A stretch of DNA of 64,000 nucleotides, from positions 64,001 to 128,000 of the IMG/VR virus record IMGVR_UViG_3300035498_000356. One strand, given 5' to 3'. Made by a program: the position numbers and the translations under genes. The notes below the pieces were generated by a model, which was not told the DNA's origin, made no database searches, and was given only the letters and a program-made list of their open reading frames with translations. Numbering within the stretch: the stretch's first letter is position 1; every line of letters starts with the position of its first letter. This document shows positions 36,885 to 52,200 of this stretch, piece by piece. The DNA comes from a virus (Duplodnaviria > Caudoviricetes).

Positions 36885-37041
36885 AATGTGTAAAAAATGT
36901 AAGAAAGTTGTTGAAATGAAGATACAGATAACTTCTGAATTTGGATATGATACAACTTATTATACTTGCCCAGAATGTGGAAATATTGAAAAATCTCAAA
37001 TAAATAGAGTTCATTATGGAAATGATGAAATCAAAAAGTAA
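36871..37041 (+). CDS. Small zinc-ribbon protein (56 aa), below the ORF-track cutoff
   Basis: MATYKMCKKCKK...YTCPECGNIEK. Confidence 0.65.
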   Translation: MATYKMCKKCKKVVEMKIQITSEFGYDTTYYTCPECGNIEKSQINRVHYGNDEIKK

Positions 37042-37044
37042 ATA

Positions 37045-37092
37045 AAAATAGGCAATAGCTCAGGATTTTCCTGGGTTATTGCCTATTTTTTT
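37045..37092. terminator. Bidirectional rho-independent terminator between the convergent early and late blocks
   Basis: aaaataggcaatagctcagg-atttt-cctgggttattgcctattttttt; A-tract on the left, T-tract on the right. Confidence 0.9.
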
Positions 37093-37273
37093 AAATTATT
37101 TTATAGAAATCATTTCTATTTAATATATCTAAAGAAGACGCCTAACATCTAAAATCTTTATTTATAAACTAAATATCATTAGTATTATAATCCCATTTAA
37201 AGTATCCCTCGAATTTAGGAAGAGATGCTATATAACCTTCTTTTAATATTGGTTTAATTTCATTATATGTCAT
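37091..37273 (-). CDS. Small conserved protein (60 aa, TAG=Gln)
   Basis: MTYNEIKPILKEGYIASLPKFEGYFKWDYNTNDI*FINKDFRC*ASSLDILNRNDFYKII-TAA. Confidence 0.7.
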
Positions 37274-40200
37274 TATTTGTTTTAGCTTTACTTGTTTGCC
37301 ATTCACCACCTTCAGATCTACTTCTAAACATTTCTGGTTTAATAGTATCAAATATAGGTTTAATCTAACGAGTAGCACCTGATATATTAACTAAGTAATC
37401 TTGAAAATCCTAATCTCCTGTGGCTAATCTACTTAAATTTTTAAGCTAACTTGACATAAATGATAATGCAAAAGGAGTCCAATTTGTAAGAGGACTTCCC
37501 AATGAATCAAATATATTAAAATCTAGGAATGAATTTTGAACAGTCCATACTGCTACATTTGCAGCTGCTAATGCACATCCAGTAGCTAAATCTGTATTTG
37601 ATTTATTCTCTTTAAGTAAATCCTTCATCCATTTTGTCATAGCACCACTTATCAATGTACCACCTACTAACCATAATGCTAAATCATATCCCATTTGTAT
37701 GATATTACTTTTATAACATCTAGCCATATCAGGATCTTCTTGTAATAATTGATTATAATTTCTAATTATATGTCTATCATTACATAATTTACTTAATGTT
37801 ACCATAATACCTTCTTGCCATTGTCCTTTCCATTGAACAACAGGAGCTAATTGCTTTTCCGGAGGAAGCGATTCTTTATCAACTACTTTATCATAGTTAA
37901 TAGTTCCATCTTCATTTAAATCATAATAGTATTCAATAACTTTAGGTTTTCCTGTATTTTCATCAATTACAGGTTTTCCTTCTTCATCTTTAACTATTTC
38001 TGTATAATTTTCCCATGAGCCACGCATACGCACACCGCCTGATTGAAGATACTAATTCTTTTTACCAGACCAATATGTTTTAAATTGCAACCATAAACCA
38101 CCAATCGCAGTAGCCTAAATTAATGATTTATTCTCTTCTGAATAATATCCATAAATATCATCAGCTAATGATTTATATCCTTCTGCTTGTTTTGAAGTAT
38201 ATGCTCTGGGCAATGGAACAGGATTGTCATAATCTTCTACTACAAATTTAGAACCATCTGGATTTGTAACACCTTCAGACATGAACTAATTAGCAACTAC
38301 ATAATACAAACTTTTTTGACGTTGCCATTCTTTATCGTTTTTATATCTTAAACCTTTAGGGTCTTCTGCAAATTTACTAAATCGCTAATCTTTAGTCCAA
38401 TCATATTTTAGTTCACCATCAACTATCGAATGAGCTTCTAAACATCCATCAGCCATCATCTAACACAAAAATATACTTAATCGGTTATAGTAGTCAGGTC
38501 TAGATGCAAATTTAAACATCATATTATTTAAATTGTATAAAGGGCCTTTTTTATTCTTAGCAATAACATCGACATATTTATTTATATCCATATCATTCAA
38601 TGCGTATAATTCATTTAGTTTAGAACATAGTGTTGGCTATCCACTAAAATTAAATAAGTCTGATGCTAATATTGCCCATGCTGCTTTAAAATGATTAAAC
38701 GTAAATGCTTCTCTACCCTCTGGGTTACGCAATGATAAACTAATATCTACCCATAATCCTTGCAATGGCTGATAGAACATTTGCACAGGAGCAAATGCTA
38801 AAGTTATTTTAGAAGCTGCTGATTTAATGGAATTTAGTATTTTAGATACACCTTGTAATTCTGGAGATACAATTGATTCTTTTTTAATTTTAGATCTAAT
38901 GTAATCTTCAAGATAACTTTTATCATTTTCAAATTTCTAACTCACATTAGCACCTTGAATACTTAGATGTGCAGCTGCTGCTTGAATAATTGGAAATATT
39001 TCATTAATGTTTTTAGTTTGAGAATAAGCAAATACATGTTTTAATAATAATGTTTCTGCATTTAATTCAAAATCTTCTGGCTAAACATTATTAAGTAAAG
39101 CATCTCTATTTTCTTCACCAGAATCAAATTCATTAGTCATTTTATAAATAAGATTTCTTGATTCTCTTCTCTTTGCTTTTTCCTCTGCTATTCCAGATTC
39201 ATTAAAAGCTCCTTTTAATTTTTCAAACCAATTTTTAGGATTAAGATTCTATAATTTATCAGCAAACATTCCACTAAGTCCTCTTACAGATACTTCTGAA
39301 TCTAAACTACCTTTAATATATGGGACTCTGTAATATTCAATATCGCCAGATTCTCTCATTGCCTATAAAGATACATCAGGTGTTGTTGGAAATCTATTTT
39401 TATTTATAACAGTAAGTATATGATCTAATAAGGGTCTATAAACCGCTGGAACCTAATCTAGTTTTTTAAATCTCCAGTCTTTTTTACCATTTAAATCATA
39501 TGGTTCAAATAAAGGTTTATATATTTCAGCTTGATTAAATCCTAAATTTTCTTTTAAGTAATTAAATCCTATAGCTTGTTTTAAATCATTAACTAATTTA
39601 TCAAGTTTTACTTTTTCTCTCTAAAGATCATCTCGAACATTTTGATATGCTTCTTTTACTAATGTTGTTATTGAATTAAGAGTATCTGAACTTAAGTTTC
39701 CTGGGTTATCTGTATAGTTACCAGATTGTCCCTCTTTGAATGTTTTAGATATATTAGTAAACCATGAAGTACCATCACTAGTTTGCTATTTAAACTAGAT
39801 TCCTTTTAAATCAGCTAATGTATATTCTGCTAAATTATATAATCTAATTTTTCTAGATTTAAGTTTTTCCAAATCATCGTATGTTTCATTAAGAGAATCA
39901 CCATAATATAGTTTTTCACGCATATCATAGATTAAAGCAGAAACAGCTTTTATTTTACTAGACATATCACCCTATCTAGCACTATCAATCATATCTTTAG
40001 CATTACTCAAATTTTTAACCATAGTAATAAGTTCTATATCTTTCTAATCTTCTTCACTTTCACTTTTGGATCTTTCAATTTGAACTGAATTTTCATGCCA
40101 AATTTCTGCTAAATTCATTGAAAGTAAATCATATTGTGATGCTAATTTATATTTACCAGAATTAAAATTATCAGTTTCAACTGGAACATAATTACATAAT

Positions 40201-42146
40201 GCATTCCAATTCATTAACAGTTGTTCATTGCTTGCTGAAGATGAATCAGCTTCATAAGGATTAATCACCATCATGTTTCCAATTACTGCATCCTAAAATC
40301 CTTCAGAAGCATTTATTGCAAGCATCATTTGCATTAATTCCAAATTACCTTTAGTACCACGTAAAGCTAATCTTTTGAAATGCTATTCAGCTTGTGCATC
40401 AGTTTCAAATGTTCCTAATAACGTATTTCTGCCTTTTAATTTAAGCTCTTCTTGTAAGTGATTAGTAGAAATACATATGAAATCAACTTGTTTAGTATTC
40501 TTATTGTATAGTGTAATTATTTCCATATCTTCAAGCCCAGAATTAGGAAGTACTTCCCATTCATGACTACAATATGGCTTTAACATATTTTGTAAGTAAT
40601 TAGATGCTCCATCAACATTTTGAAATGACTATGGGAATTCTACTTGATTTGTTCCTAATGATATTGCTTTTTCTAATGCACCTTTAGTAGCTTCCATAAC
40701 TCTATGGCGAGTAGGACCTAATTTTCTAAATTCTTCTAAAACTCCATTTATCATTTCTTCTTCAGTATCACTAGTAAGAGTTATTAATTTACCTGTTGAG
40801 GATCTCATAGTAAATTGGAATTTACCATTTTCATTTCTCTTATCAAATACTTTTCTTCTATCAAGATAACGTTTTGTAGATGCTTCATCAGCAGCTCTAT
40901 TTAAAGGAACTTCAGGTGCCCATTTAGATATATGACTAACAACCTCTTCATGAATATTCCCAGTAGTAGGATGAAAATAATATTTAGAAGGCATATAATT
41001 TTCAACTTCTTCTAAAGCTTTTGCAGTAAGTTTGCTTTTACCAATGTCTTTAACACTATCAAATTTTACTCCTTCAAATGTATAATTATCTCCTTCTTTT
41101 TTGAAGTTTTCAATATGAATAGGCAATATGCTCATATTAGAATCTTGAATAGCTACTCCTGCATTTTCAAGCATTTGGCTATAAGTTACCAACTAATAAC
41201 TATATGCTTCCTTTTTAGTTAAATCAAAGTTTTCATACTTTTTAATTGAAGTCTTATAATCTATAATATGATATTTACCATTTTTATCAAGTACTAATAA
41301 GTCTATTTTACCGAACAATGTTTTCTTATTCATATCATCATCGAATGCTTGTCCTTTCATAACAAATTCAGGAAAGAACGCACACTTCTCACCACATTCA
41401 CGAATTATAGCTTGATAAACATCATTAGCTGTCTATATTAGACTTTTTAAATTAGCATCAGGATTTCCACCTATATTTAAATAATCTAATAATTTTGCAT
41501 CTTCAAGTGCCTTTCTAGCAACTTGTTCAAAATCAGTATTTAAACCTTGTAATACATTATTAGAATCAGTAGTAAAGAAAACTTCAAGAACTTTATGGAT
41601 AGCATCACCCATTCTGGCTTGATACTTCCATTTATGTTCCATCTATTTTCTCATTTGTTTTAATTCAGTATCATCGCTTATTTTCTTTACTTTAGTTTTA
41701 TCTCCATCAAAAAATACTTCAATTTCAGTATCATTAAATTCACCATTACGCCAATCTTCATAACGACCTTCAAAGTAGTTATCAGAATCAAAATACGGAT
41801 ATAATAATTTCTATTTATTATCGTATTGATGTTTAGCTCCTAAGAACTTATTAACACCAGTTGCATTTATAAGATCTTCTGCATCTTTAGTTAATTGCTC
41901 ATCACCCTCTTCATCTCGGAATAGATAACGTTTCTTTTTCATTTCAACGTAATCATTCCATAGCTATTTATTTTTTTCTTTTAATTCTTCAATTTTCTGC
42001 ATTTCTTCAAAATGCCTATCCTTTATCTCAGAATCAAATACAATATCACCGTATCTACTAAAATATTTATCTTTACTTAATAAGAAATTATCCAATTCTA
42101 ATTCTGAATTGAACTTGTGATTTTTATAATAATATACACATCCCAT
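37263..42146 (-). CDS. Large virion cargo protein with a PD-(D/E)xK nuclease domain (1627 aa, TAG=Gln)
   Basis: All track fragments share one frame and end at TAG; GDAIHKVLE, FFPEF, GKIDLLV...IIDYKTS, YSY*LVTY motifs. Confidence 0.85.
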
Positions 42147-43213
42147 TACCTACAAATTTCAATTAATTCGTATGACTTCAATAAATCTTGTTTTCTATTA
42201 GCTAACTATCTATGAATAACGGAATCATTTGTATTAAATGTTCCTTTAAAAGTATTTGTAAGACTAGGTGAATTAACTTCCTAAGCAACATCCTAATAAG
42301 TCATATTATATAATCTTCCATCAGAAATAGTATTAACACTATAGTCACCAAATAATAATGTATCAAGAATCCGTTTTACATTATAATTAATTTCATATCT
42401 AGCTTGGTCTCCTAAAGTATCTAATCTAGATGGGATTCCAGCTAATTGTCTTGATAATTCATGAACCATTATTTCTTCAAGTGCATCATTCTAAGTTTTA
42501 TCGGGATGTTGTTCCTAAATTAATTGTTCAATATTAGGAATCTAAGCTGCCTTCTAAAGTAAAGAAGTATATAATTCAGGATTAGAAAATCTAATAGAGC
42601 CGACTAATAAATGAAGCATTTCATGAATTCTAGAACTAGGACTCATATTATCTGTATTTATGTATATAGAACCATCATAAATAAAAGCTTTTACTGTTTT
42701 ATTAGAAGGTAATAATGATTTCCATTTCTCATCATGCTCTAATTCATAACTAGTTACTTCTTTAAAATCATATCCATATAATTCTCTTAATGTATTTAAT
42801 CCATTAATTAAATGTTCACTAGTAATCTCTTCACTAGGTTCATAATACGTTTCTATATTCTTAACTAATGAATCTGGCCTTTTATTTATTTTGAGCATAG
42901 ATCTTTTTCCAAAATCTATAGCTTCTACTTGAACATCAGCATAATGACTATTTAGATTCTAAACAGCTTCTGTTACAGATTTAGTACCTGTAAATTTTAA
43001 TAAATCTTCATTACTAACTCCGCCATGTTTATTTACTTTTAATACATCTTTTAAATATGTAGTAGAATCACTTCCCGGAATTTCGTCTAATCTTGGTAAT
43101 CTATTATGTTTATCCTAAAATACTATACAATGTGTGTCAAGAACTTTATCAGATAAAGTAGAGGACCTTTTTAGGTCCCCGTACTCTACTGAATCTTTAT
43201 TTATACATTTCAT
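42146..43213 (-). CDS. Zincin-like metalloprotease virion protein (355 aa, TAG=Gln)
   Basis: KAFIYDGSIYIN...RIHEMLHLLVG (HExxH) with a downstream EEIMV third-ligand motif. Confidence 0.8.
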
Positions 43214-46200
43214 ATTGGACATGATTTATCATCATTACTTTCAACATCTTCAACTTTTAGCAACTCATAGTTAACTATTTCTTTGCCATCTTCCATTTTA
43301 ATTGCTTTTTTCTCTTCAAGCTCAGTTCTAAGAAATAATCTTTCACTTCCGTCTTCTTTTGTATATGTTATAGTTGTTATCTTATCATTAGACCTTGTTA
43401 CTCTAAAATCAGGAGGAGTTGGCTAATATGCTAACACAGGTTCACTACCTAGAATATCACCAAATACATAATAATCTGGATCAGGAACACGTAATTTTTT
43501 ATATCCGTATACTTGATATTTACGAGATTCAAATTCTTCTCCAATATCAGATTCATCAATGTCTTCCTCTTCTTCTTCAAAGTCTTCAATATCCTCATAA
43601 TCCTCATCCTAATTTCTCCTATTCTGAGCAGCTTCATATGCTTCACTTATCCACATTTCTTTTAATCCAGAATCTGGATTATATTTCCATATATAGGCAG
43701 CATTTGGATTTTTATATGCATTTTTTGCAGCTATGAAATAGTGCATATCAGCATCGTCTGGATCTAATTCTAACAGATTTGCATCCTTATCATATTTACT
43801 AACAATGTTAAAATATTTAGAATACGATCTTGATGAATCTCCTCCATCCTTACTTGCATACTTAAATAGGTTCATAAATGACCTTTGTGAAGGTCTCCAT
43901 TCTTGCGCATATAATGTATATAAGAACATTAAATCTCTGAAGTCGTGTCCTTGATATTTCTCTCCTTCAAAATTATTAAAAGCATTAAGCACCTCATTAA
44001 ATGCTATGTCTGCTTTTGTTCCCTTTTTAGGCATCATATTTATTGAAGGAGTATATACTAATTCTTCGTTTCCAGAAACCGTATTAGTTCTAGCACCAAC
44101 AGAAATTGATCTAAAGAATTTATTTTTAGGATATTTCTTTTGATAATATGGAATAACTTCATGCTCCATCCAATACTTAAATGAAGCTAATTCATCATTA
44201 CTTCCTAAACCTAATGTCTATTCTGTTTTTGAATCCGTGTTTAAATAACCTCCAGAAAATACATCCTTAGTTTTAAAAGTAAATCCAGATTTAGAAATTT
44301 CTTTAAAATATTGTATTATCATTCTAGACTGAACATATCTACTCATTTGTTTGTAGACATCTTCCAGCTTAGCTAGACCGTACTTATTTTTTACACTATC
44401 TCCATATTGATATATAAACCTATATCTTAAACTATTATTTTTAAGATATAAGTGTGAAGAAGTTAATGACTAAACATATTTATTTATATCAGGCATTAAC
44501 ATTATTAAAGCAGGAAGATTGAAATTTACTTTTTCTTGTTCAAATGAATCAATTATTTCCCATTTCTTTTCTTCACTTCCAAATACCAAATCTTCTATTC
44601 TAAACTTTAAGCTCTATTTATCATTTTCACTTAAAATAAGATTGTCTCCGTTGAGTAGTTTGTATCTTAATTTCTTTACATTCATAACACAATTCTCAAC
44701 ATCTTTAATCTTCTTTAAGAATTTTTCAAATGTATTAGGAATTCCTTGATTTAAACTTACTATACTACCAATTTGCTGCATCGCAGATGAACCAATAGAA
44801 AGTATTTCAAGCATTCTAAAGTTATTAGCATTCTCACTATTTTCATTTCCTAAATCCATTCTATGGAGCTAATCGTGATATTGTTTTACAAACTTCCAAG
44901 CTGATTGTAAATCATTATTACGCATATTTCCATCCTCGTTGACAAAGATTTTATTTAAATCCGATGCACTTCTCGAATCGAACCATTGGAATTCCTTACT
45001 TGTTAAATCATTATAGCTTAGACCTTCTAGAGTTTGTTTTAAAGCAATGGCTAAATCAGCATTAGTTACTTTACCAGTAAGAGACTAATTGTTCTTCATG
45101 CTTTCTATTATCATACCTATTCTATTTTTCTCTTTGCCATTATATTTTATCTATTTATCAGGATATTGTCTTCCGTCATTCAATATATAAATAATAGCAG
45201 CCATTGGAGAATAAGCAGAAAAATTAACTCCCTTACCAACTGGAGGAACGAAATTTTTATTTCCTTTATTGTACTTATACATTACGGAAATAGGTCCAAA
45301 TCTGAAATAATCAAATATATTATTTATTGATATATCAGCTCTACCCTAGAAGAAGTCACCTTTCATTGCTTCTTTTAATACTTCTGTAGTTGAAGACATT
45401 AGAAGAGTTGATAGGTCTTTAATCTTCATTCCTATTGTAATACCATATAGATATAAGCCAATAAGATCAATACCAGCATTGATTTTTTCAAGCACCAACT
45501 CTTTAGCATTATCCGCAGACAAACCGAGTAATGCACTTAATTCACCAGCAGCATCATCTAGATTATTTTCGTCACAAGCTTTTTCTAGACGCTTTAATGC
45601 TTTTTCATTAACAATAGTTAAAGGGTTTACAGCTCTAATATTAGCTACTTGCGGTGCAAATGGTCCGCATGCATTAAGTATATCTTCAGGAATTTCAAGC
45701 AATTTCTAAAGTCTTGGATCTTTAGAATTAAGAATAGTATTGTAAAAATGAGTTAATTTAAAGTAAGTTTTAATAGTAGCAGCAGATTTGGCAATACAAT
45801 CTTTACCAGTGTAATTACCAGCAATTATAGAACCAGGATTGAAAGAATTGCCAGTTCCATTAAATAATGCTTTAGCGGCTTTAGGAGATGCATTAGCAAT
45901 AACTTTTACATTATCTGCTACAGTATCTACTGAAGACATTGCTTGTAATAAGTTAGCAGTATCAGTAATTATATTATACATAGCATACTAATTTGAATTA
46001 TTAATAATCCTATGTAATTTAGAATTACTTACATATTTACTCTTTAAATATAGATTATGATCATTAATTATCTTAAAAAACTAATCATAAATCGAATCCA
46101 ACATGCCATTGCTAATTTTTGGATCTTCTTTTAGGTTTAGCTTTTTCTTCAGTAATTTAGCAATTTTTTGTTTTACTTTATCTTTAATCTCATCATTAGG

Positions 46201-49200
46201 CAAATATACACTTTTTTCTTCTAATAATGATTTGATATTAGCTAAAGTTAAATTTGGATTATTACTGAATTTTGGAATCTTTGTAGCATGGTGTTTGAAT
46301 TCTAATCCGCCTTTTTTATTTATTCTAAAGTTTAATAAATCAGAATATTTATCAAAGAAATCAACTACTGGAGTTATTTTACTAGAAAATATTACTTCCT
46401 AAGTTTTAGTAGCTGATGTTCTAGATAATTCTTGATTATTGGGTAATGGTAGAGTTTTAGATATATCTAATCCATTTCTATCATCCAATATAGCATAAGG
46501 AGACCATAGATCTAATTTACCTTGTCTATTAATATCAAATGTAAGCAAAGTAACAGCATCAATATCGAAGTCAGAACCCTGCAAGAATATTTGTAAGTCA
46601 GAAACATAAGCTGTATTTAACTAACCATCAGTAAAGTCAGCAATTTGCATTGCCATGAATGATTGCATATTCTGTGCAGGAATACGAGCAGCTATAATTT
46701 TACCATGTTCGATAAATGAATTATACATTTCCATTCCATCTATAAATAAAGGATTACTTTCAACTTTATTTATAAATTCTTTTTCTTCATCTGTTAATTT
46801 CTCTCCTCTACTTGCTCTTTTCTTAATAGTCTTTAATCTATGTAAATCTACTCTACGTATTGCAGGAATTTTATTATAAGCTTCTATATATTTCTAAACA
46901 GAATCTATTTCAACAGGATCTTCATCGGAATCATAATCTATCTTATTTAGATATTTATCCATCTTCTCTTTCCATTTAGAATTGTCATAAGAATCAAATA
47001 TCTATTCCTAAATTCCTTCCTATGAATTAAGAGTCTATTCTGAAATATTAAAATGAGAGCCACCTAATGAATTTAAATAATAATCCAAGACATCTTGGTC
47101 AATAGACATGTTTCCATCTTCATCAGTCTTTGTGCCTAATACAATTACTTTAACACCTTTATCATTTTGATAAATTCTAGCTCCTGGCTTGATTTCATAA
47201 ACAGGATTATCTTTATCATCAAGATAAAAAATTCTTCCCATTTCATCAATCATCTAATTAACGGAACTTGTTACATCATGTAGACCTGTTTTATTAAAAC
47301 AATTGTCAATTGCAATATAATAATGATTTCCATTATTATTTTTAATTTCAATATTAAATTGACTTGAATCAAGATTTGATCCAAATTTATTAATATTCTA
47401 TTCTACAAAATAAGATTGATTATTTTTAATTTCGCCAAATGTTGCATTGTCTTTTAAATCATAAGTAGACTAAAATACTTTAGGCATTATAATTTCATAA
47501 TCCTAATGTTTTATAGAACTTCTGTCGACAATAACATCATAAGCTTCACCATTTCCATCATTAATTCTTACTTTATACTAAGCTAATCTATTCCTTAGAT
47601 TTTCAAACGCAGATATAATAAGTTCCTTACTGGTTATTTTAGTTGTATCTATAGGCATATCATATAGCAAAGCACAGAATTGGTTAAGTCTCTATTTAGC
47701 TAATTCGAGTTCTCCTTTTTTAAGATACCAATTAATTTCTTCACCTAATTCATCCCAATTCTTTTGAACATCAGATGAAGTTTTTGAAAGATTATATAAA
47801 TCACGTTTCATCTAACGTTGATTTTCTCTATATCTTGCATTTAATTCATTTAGTCTCTATTCTAATTGTGCTACTTCCTATTGTAAAGCAGAAACATTTT
47901 CTCCAGGTTTTAATTTAGTATTATATTTTTGAACTAACTTTTCATTTGTATCTTCTATTTGTCCATTCAATTCCCAGCATGTTTGTACTGAATCTAAATC
48001 CCATAAGCAATACTTATCAGACTAATCTCCATTAGTGCCAATAAATCTTACATTATAAGCACCTAAGTCACGACCATTCATAATATATTCAGTAATCTTT
48101 ACACAATTCCCATCCTTAACTAATTGTCTTAGTTCTTTTAAACTAATTTCGTTATTAGAATCAGTATGATATAATTTTACTGTATAATTATATACTTGCT
48201 ATCCCGGTTGTAACATTCTGTATTCATCAAAAGCTTCAGAATACATTCTTTCATCATATGCAGATCTATTTTGAATCAAATTACCAGATTCACTTATTTC
48301 TGCTGTATCAGATTCAATTCTAGTTTTAGGTCTATTCTTCTTAGTTTTTTCAATAATAGCTAAATAAGTCAATCTCTATTTTAAATCATCACTTCTTTCA
48401 CTATCATTATTTAATTCAGAAATAGCTTCTTCTAAAGAGAATGCTTCCCTATCTTCAAATCCAGTTTTTGCTTTTTGAACTCTATTAGTATCAAATAATT
48501 TATAGTTAGGAACATCATTTATTTGATCAATACTAAATTTATAAGTATCACCATTATAAATAACTATAAATGACTAACCATTAAATGCGGTATCAACATT
48601 TTGATTAACTAATACTCTATATGTATACTCAGGATTTACATCAGCTACAAATCCTGTGCCAGAATCATAAATAGGATACGAATCATAATGGTTTCTTTGT
48701 GTATCAAGTAAATCTCTAAATGGATCTTGATATGCACTTAGTTTTCTATCTCCATAAATTCTAGCTCTTTTATGAGAGGGAGTTAACACAGATAATGTGC
48801 CAGGCATTTTAAGTTTAATACCATTTTTAGTAATGTAATTAGCTAAAGCATTAATAGCTCTATTAAATACACTATTATCACTTAAAGCTAACCCAGAAGC
48901 TTCTAAAAATGCATTTTTATCTTGAGTCCACTTAAATTCCTATAATATATTTTCAGCTATAAATGAACCAAAACTCTAAGTAGATGAATTAGCTAAACCT
49001 TTAATAATTATTTCATTACATATTTGTGTTAACTAATCTTTCTACTTTTGATTTACATTAATATTGGCTGACTCAATTAAATCATTTAATGTAATTTCAG
49101 CAATAGCAGATACACCTTCATACAATGAATCAGCATCTTTAAATGAATAACCCAAAGCCGCACAAGCAGATATTACCTATGTAGGTACACTTACTTCACT

Positions 49201-52200
49201 CATATCAGCTGTATGCTCTTTATCCAACTGAGTACCAGCTTGAATTACTTGAATTTCTTGAGTAAGTAAATCATCCTAATCTTCATATTTATCATTAGGA
49301 TTAAAGTTGGCACCTCCTTGCTTAATTGCACCCTCTGTAACCACATATTGAGTCTATGAATGTTTCATAGGCTGATAAAAATCCCATTGCGTTTTAATTT
49401 CTTCATTAGGAACTTTAGCAATACCTTTTTCATTCATACAATTAACAGTAGTTTCTATAGAAGTTTCAGATAATTCTAATCTTCCAGTTCTACTATTCTA
49501 TGCCATGCTGTATAGTCCACCAAATAATTCCCAAGCTTTTACATTAGAATTTACATCATTATAATCAACATATTGAGCTTCAGCACCATCTACTATATCA
49601 CCTAATTCATCAACTTCGTATTCCTCTCTGGTATAATTATTATCACCTTTATATTCGATATTTTTAATCCAATAATACTTTCTACCTTTTGTGTAATAAA
49701 TACCTCCAGCAGGGAATAATGATTTTGGAGTTCCATCTTCACCTATATTTAAATCACTTTCTAACAAATTCCAATTAATTGCATTTCCAGATTCATCTTT
49801 CCAAATCTTGGAAGACATTTTATAAAAAAGATTTAAATTAAAATCAAGACTCATTCTCATATTTGCATTAGTCAATGCAAATACAGCAGTTTTAATAATA
49901 CCTCCTGTACCTACTTCAGGATTATAGAAATGAACAAAGGTTTTCTTAGTTTCTCCAATTGCTTTACTACCACCTAATGAATTATTTTCAAGACGCATAG
50001 TAAATGGATCTACAATAGTTGCACCATCAAATGGAGTTACTTTTTCATGTTTACTAGTAATAATATCTACATACTTATGTAAATCATCAACTACAGCTAT
50101 ATTATAATTCTCGTTAACTCCATATAATGTATTTAAATCAAATTGTTGCATTTGAGCAGTATAAGATACATTACGTTTACATTGAGCATTATACTATACT
50201 GATTCTTCAACCATTTCCTAAATATAATTAGCTTTATTTCTTAAAGATTCAACCTCTTTAGTCATTGAATATTTAACAGGATGCCCTATTATAGATCCAA
50301 CAGTAGAAAGTACCCATTGTTGGGTAAATAGATATGATAATAAATTTTGTTTTTCTAATATAGGATTTAATTTTATACTTCCAGGATTATCTATTTCAAA
50401 ATTCTGTAGATAATTTCTAATATGTTCCATTCCTTTGAAATCGGATCTAGAACGTATATTCATATATTGTGCAGGTTTTCCATTTGCATCATATATAATT
50501 TTTCCATTATCATCTACTAATGGAATTTTAGCAATAATTAAATCACCATTATCATCAATCCAATCTTTATTGTCTTCTTTAATTTTGTCTACAATTCCTT
50601 TACTATCCTTAGATTTATTTACATCAGAATCTAATGAATTGATATTTATTGTAACTCCTTCTTCTATAAGACCACCTATTAATTCGGCATGTCTCATTCT
50701 AAAGAACTATCCAATAGTAGACCATCTGCCATTACTGTTGCTATTTCTAAAGAATTCAGATATTAAATTATGAACTTGTTTATTACGATCATTTATTCTA
50801 TTTTTTGAAGGATTATATCCAAAACGATATACCTATGCTAATAGAGTATTAGAATTATTTTGAATTTTACCTCCTTTGTATGATACATAAGTCTAATCAA
50901 CTATTTCAACTTTATCGTACGGATGAGCCTGATTATAATATTTTGTTATATCATAAATAAATTGTCTTTCTGTAAATAAAGGAAGGCTTTTATTCTTTTC
51001 ATTTAACGCATTTAACCTGCTAATAAATTCTTTGAATTTAGCAAAATTATTAAAATAATCAAGTGATTTTGCAGACTTAATCTCAGATAATATTTTTTGT
51101 AAAGTATCTTTTTCTTCTTTATTTAGATTGTATCTATCGTACTTTTCATTTACAAAAGTTTCAATAGAGTCATGTAGTTTCTAAAAATCATTTACAATTT
51201 TATATAATACATTAGAATAGAATTTACCTAAATTTTGTTTTATACTATATAAAATTTGATTAGGTTTTGCTGATTTATAACTTATTCTTTCAGTTGTGTA
51301 TTTTCTATTAGGATCTAAATCACCGTATTCATTAAGATTAGTAGGAACAACAAATTGTTCATTTAAATTTATACGTAATTTAGGCACTGTATTTTTATCA
51401 GAGTTTACAGAAGCCAAGAAACAAGCAAGACCTTTAGATGTATATCTATTATCATCTCCAGAATATACAGCTGGGAGATAATCCAAAAGAATATTCATAT
51501 TCATAAATTCAGAAGGATTACATGTTACTGTATCTTTAGTAACTCCTGTTAATTTAGAATATAATTCATTATCAATTGAAACTTCGTACATCAAATTAGG
51601 ATTAGTTACTATATCTAGTTCACTAGCGGCAGCTTCCTATGATTTACACCAGTATTCCATGGTTTCTCCATAAGTACATAACAACTTACTAAATGACTAT
51701 ACACTCTATGCTTTACCTTCACTATTATTAATTTGTGCAGAAACTCCAATACCTAGAGCGCTTAATCTTGATTGAGATAATTCACTTAATATTTCATTAT
51801 CAGATTCAGTTCCTCCATACAAATTTAATTGTTTTTTAGTTAGATTATATTTTACAGCTCTAGTTTGATTTTCATCCCAGCCTAATTTCTTTTGTAATAT
51901 TTCTTTTACTTGATTATCAGAATTAGTTTCTCGTAATTCAACATTAGAAGTATATATTCTATGTAATATTCTACCTATAAATGAATACAACTTAGTTAAC
52001 TAAGTTTCCGCCTCATGTTTCTACATAAAATTATTATAGAATTGAGGTTCATTTTCAAAATCAGTTCCAAGTAATTCAAAAGATAATTGTTTAAGTAAGT
52101 TTTCACAATACTAATATGATTCATCAGATTTAGTTAAAGTATTTACTCTAATAGGTGCTCCATAATTAGCATCTTCTGGTCTTACTTTTTCTGCATATTC

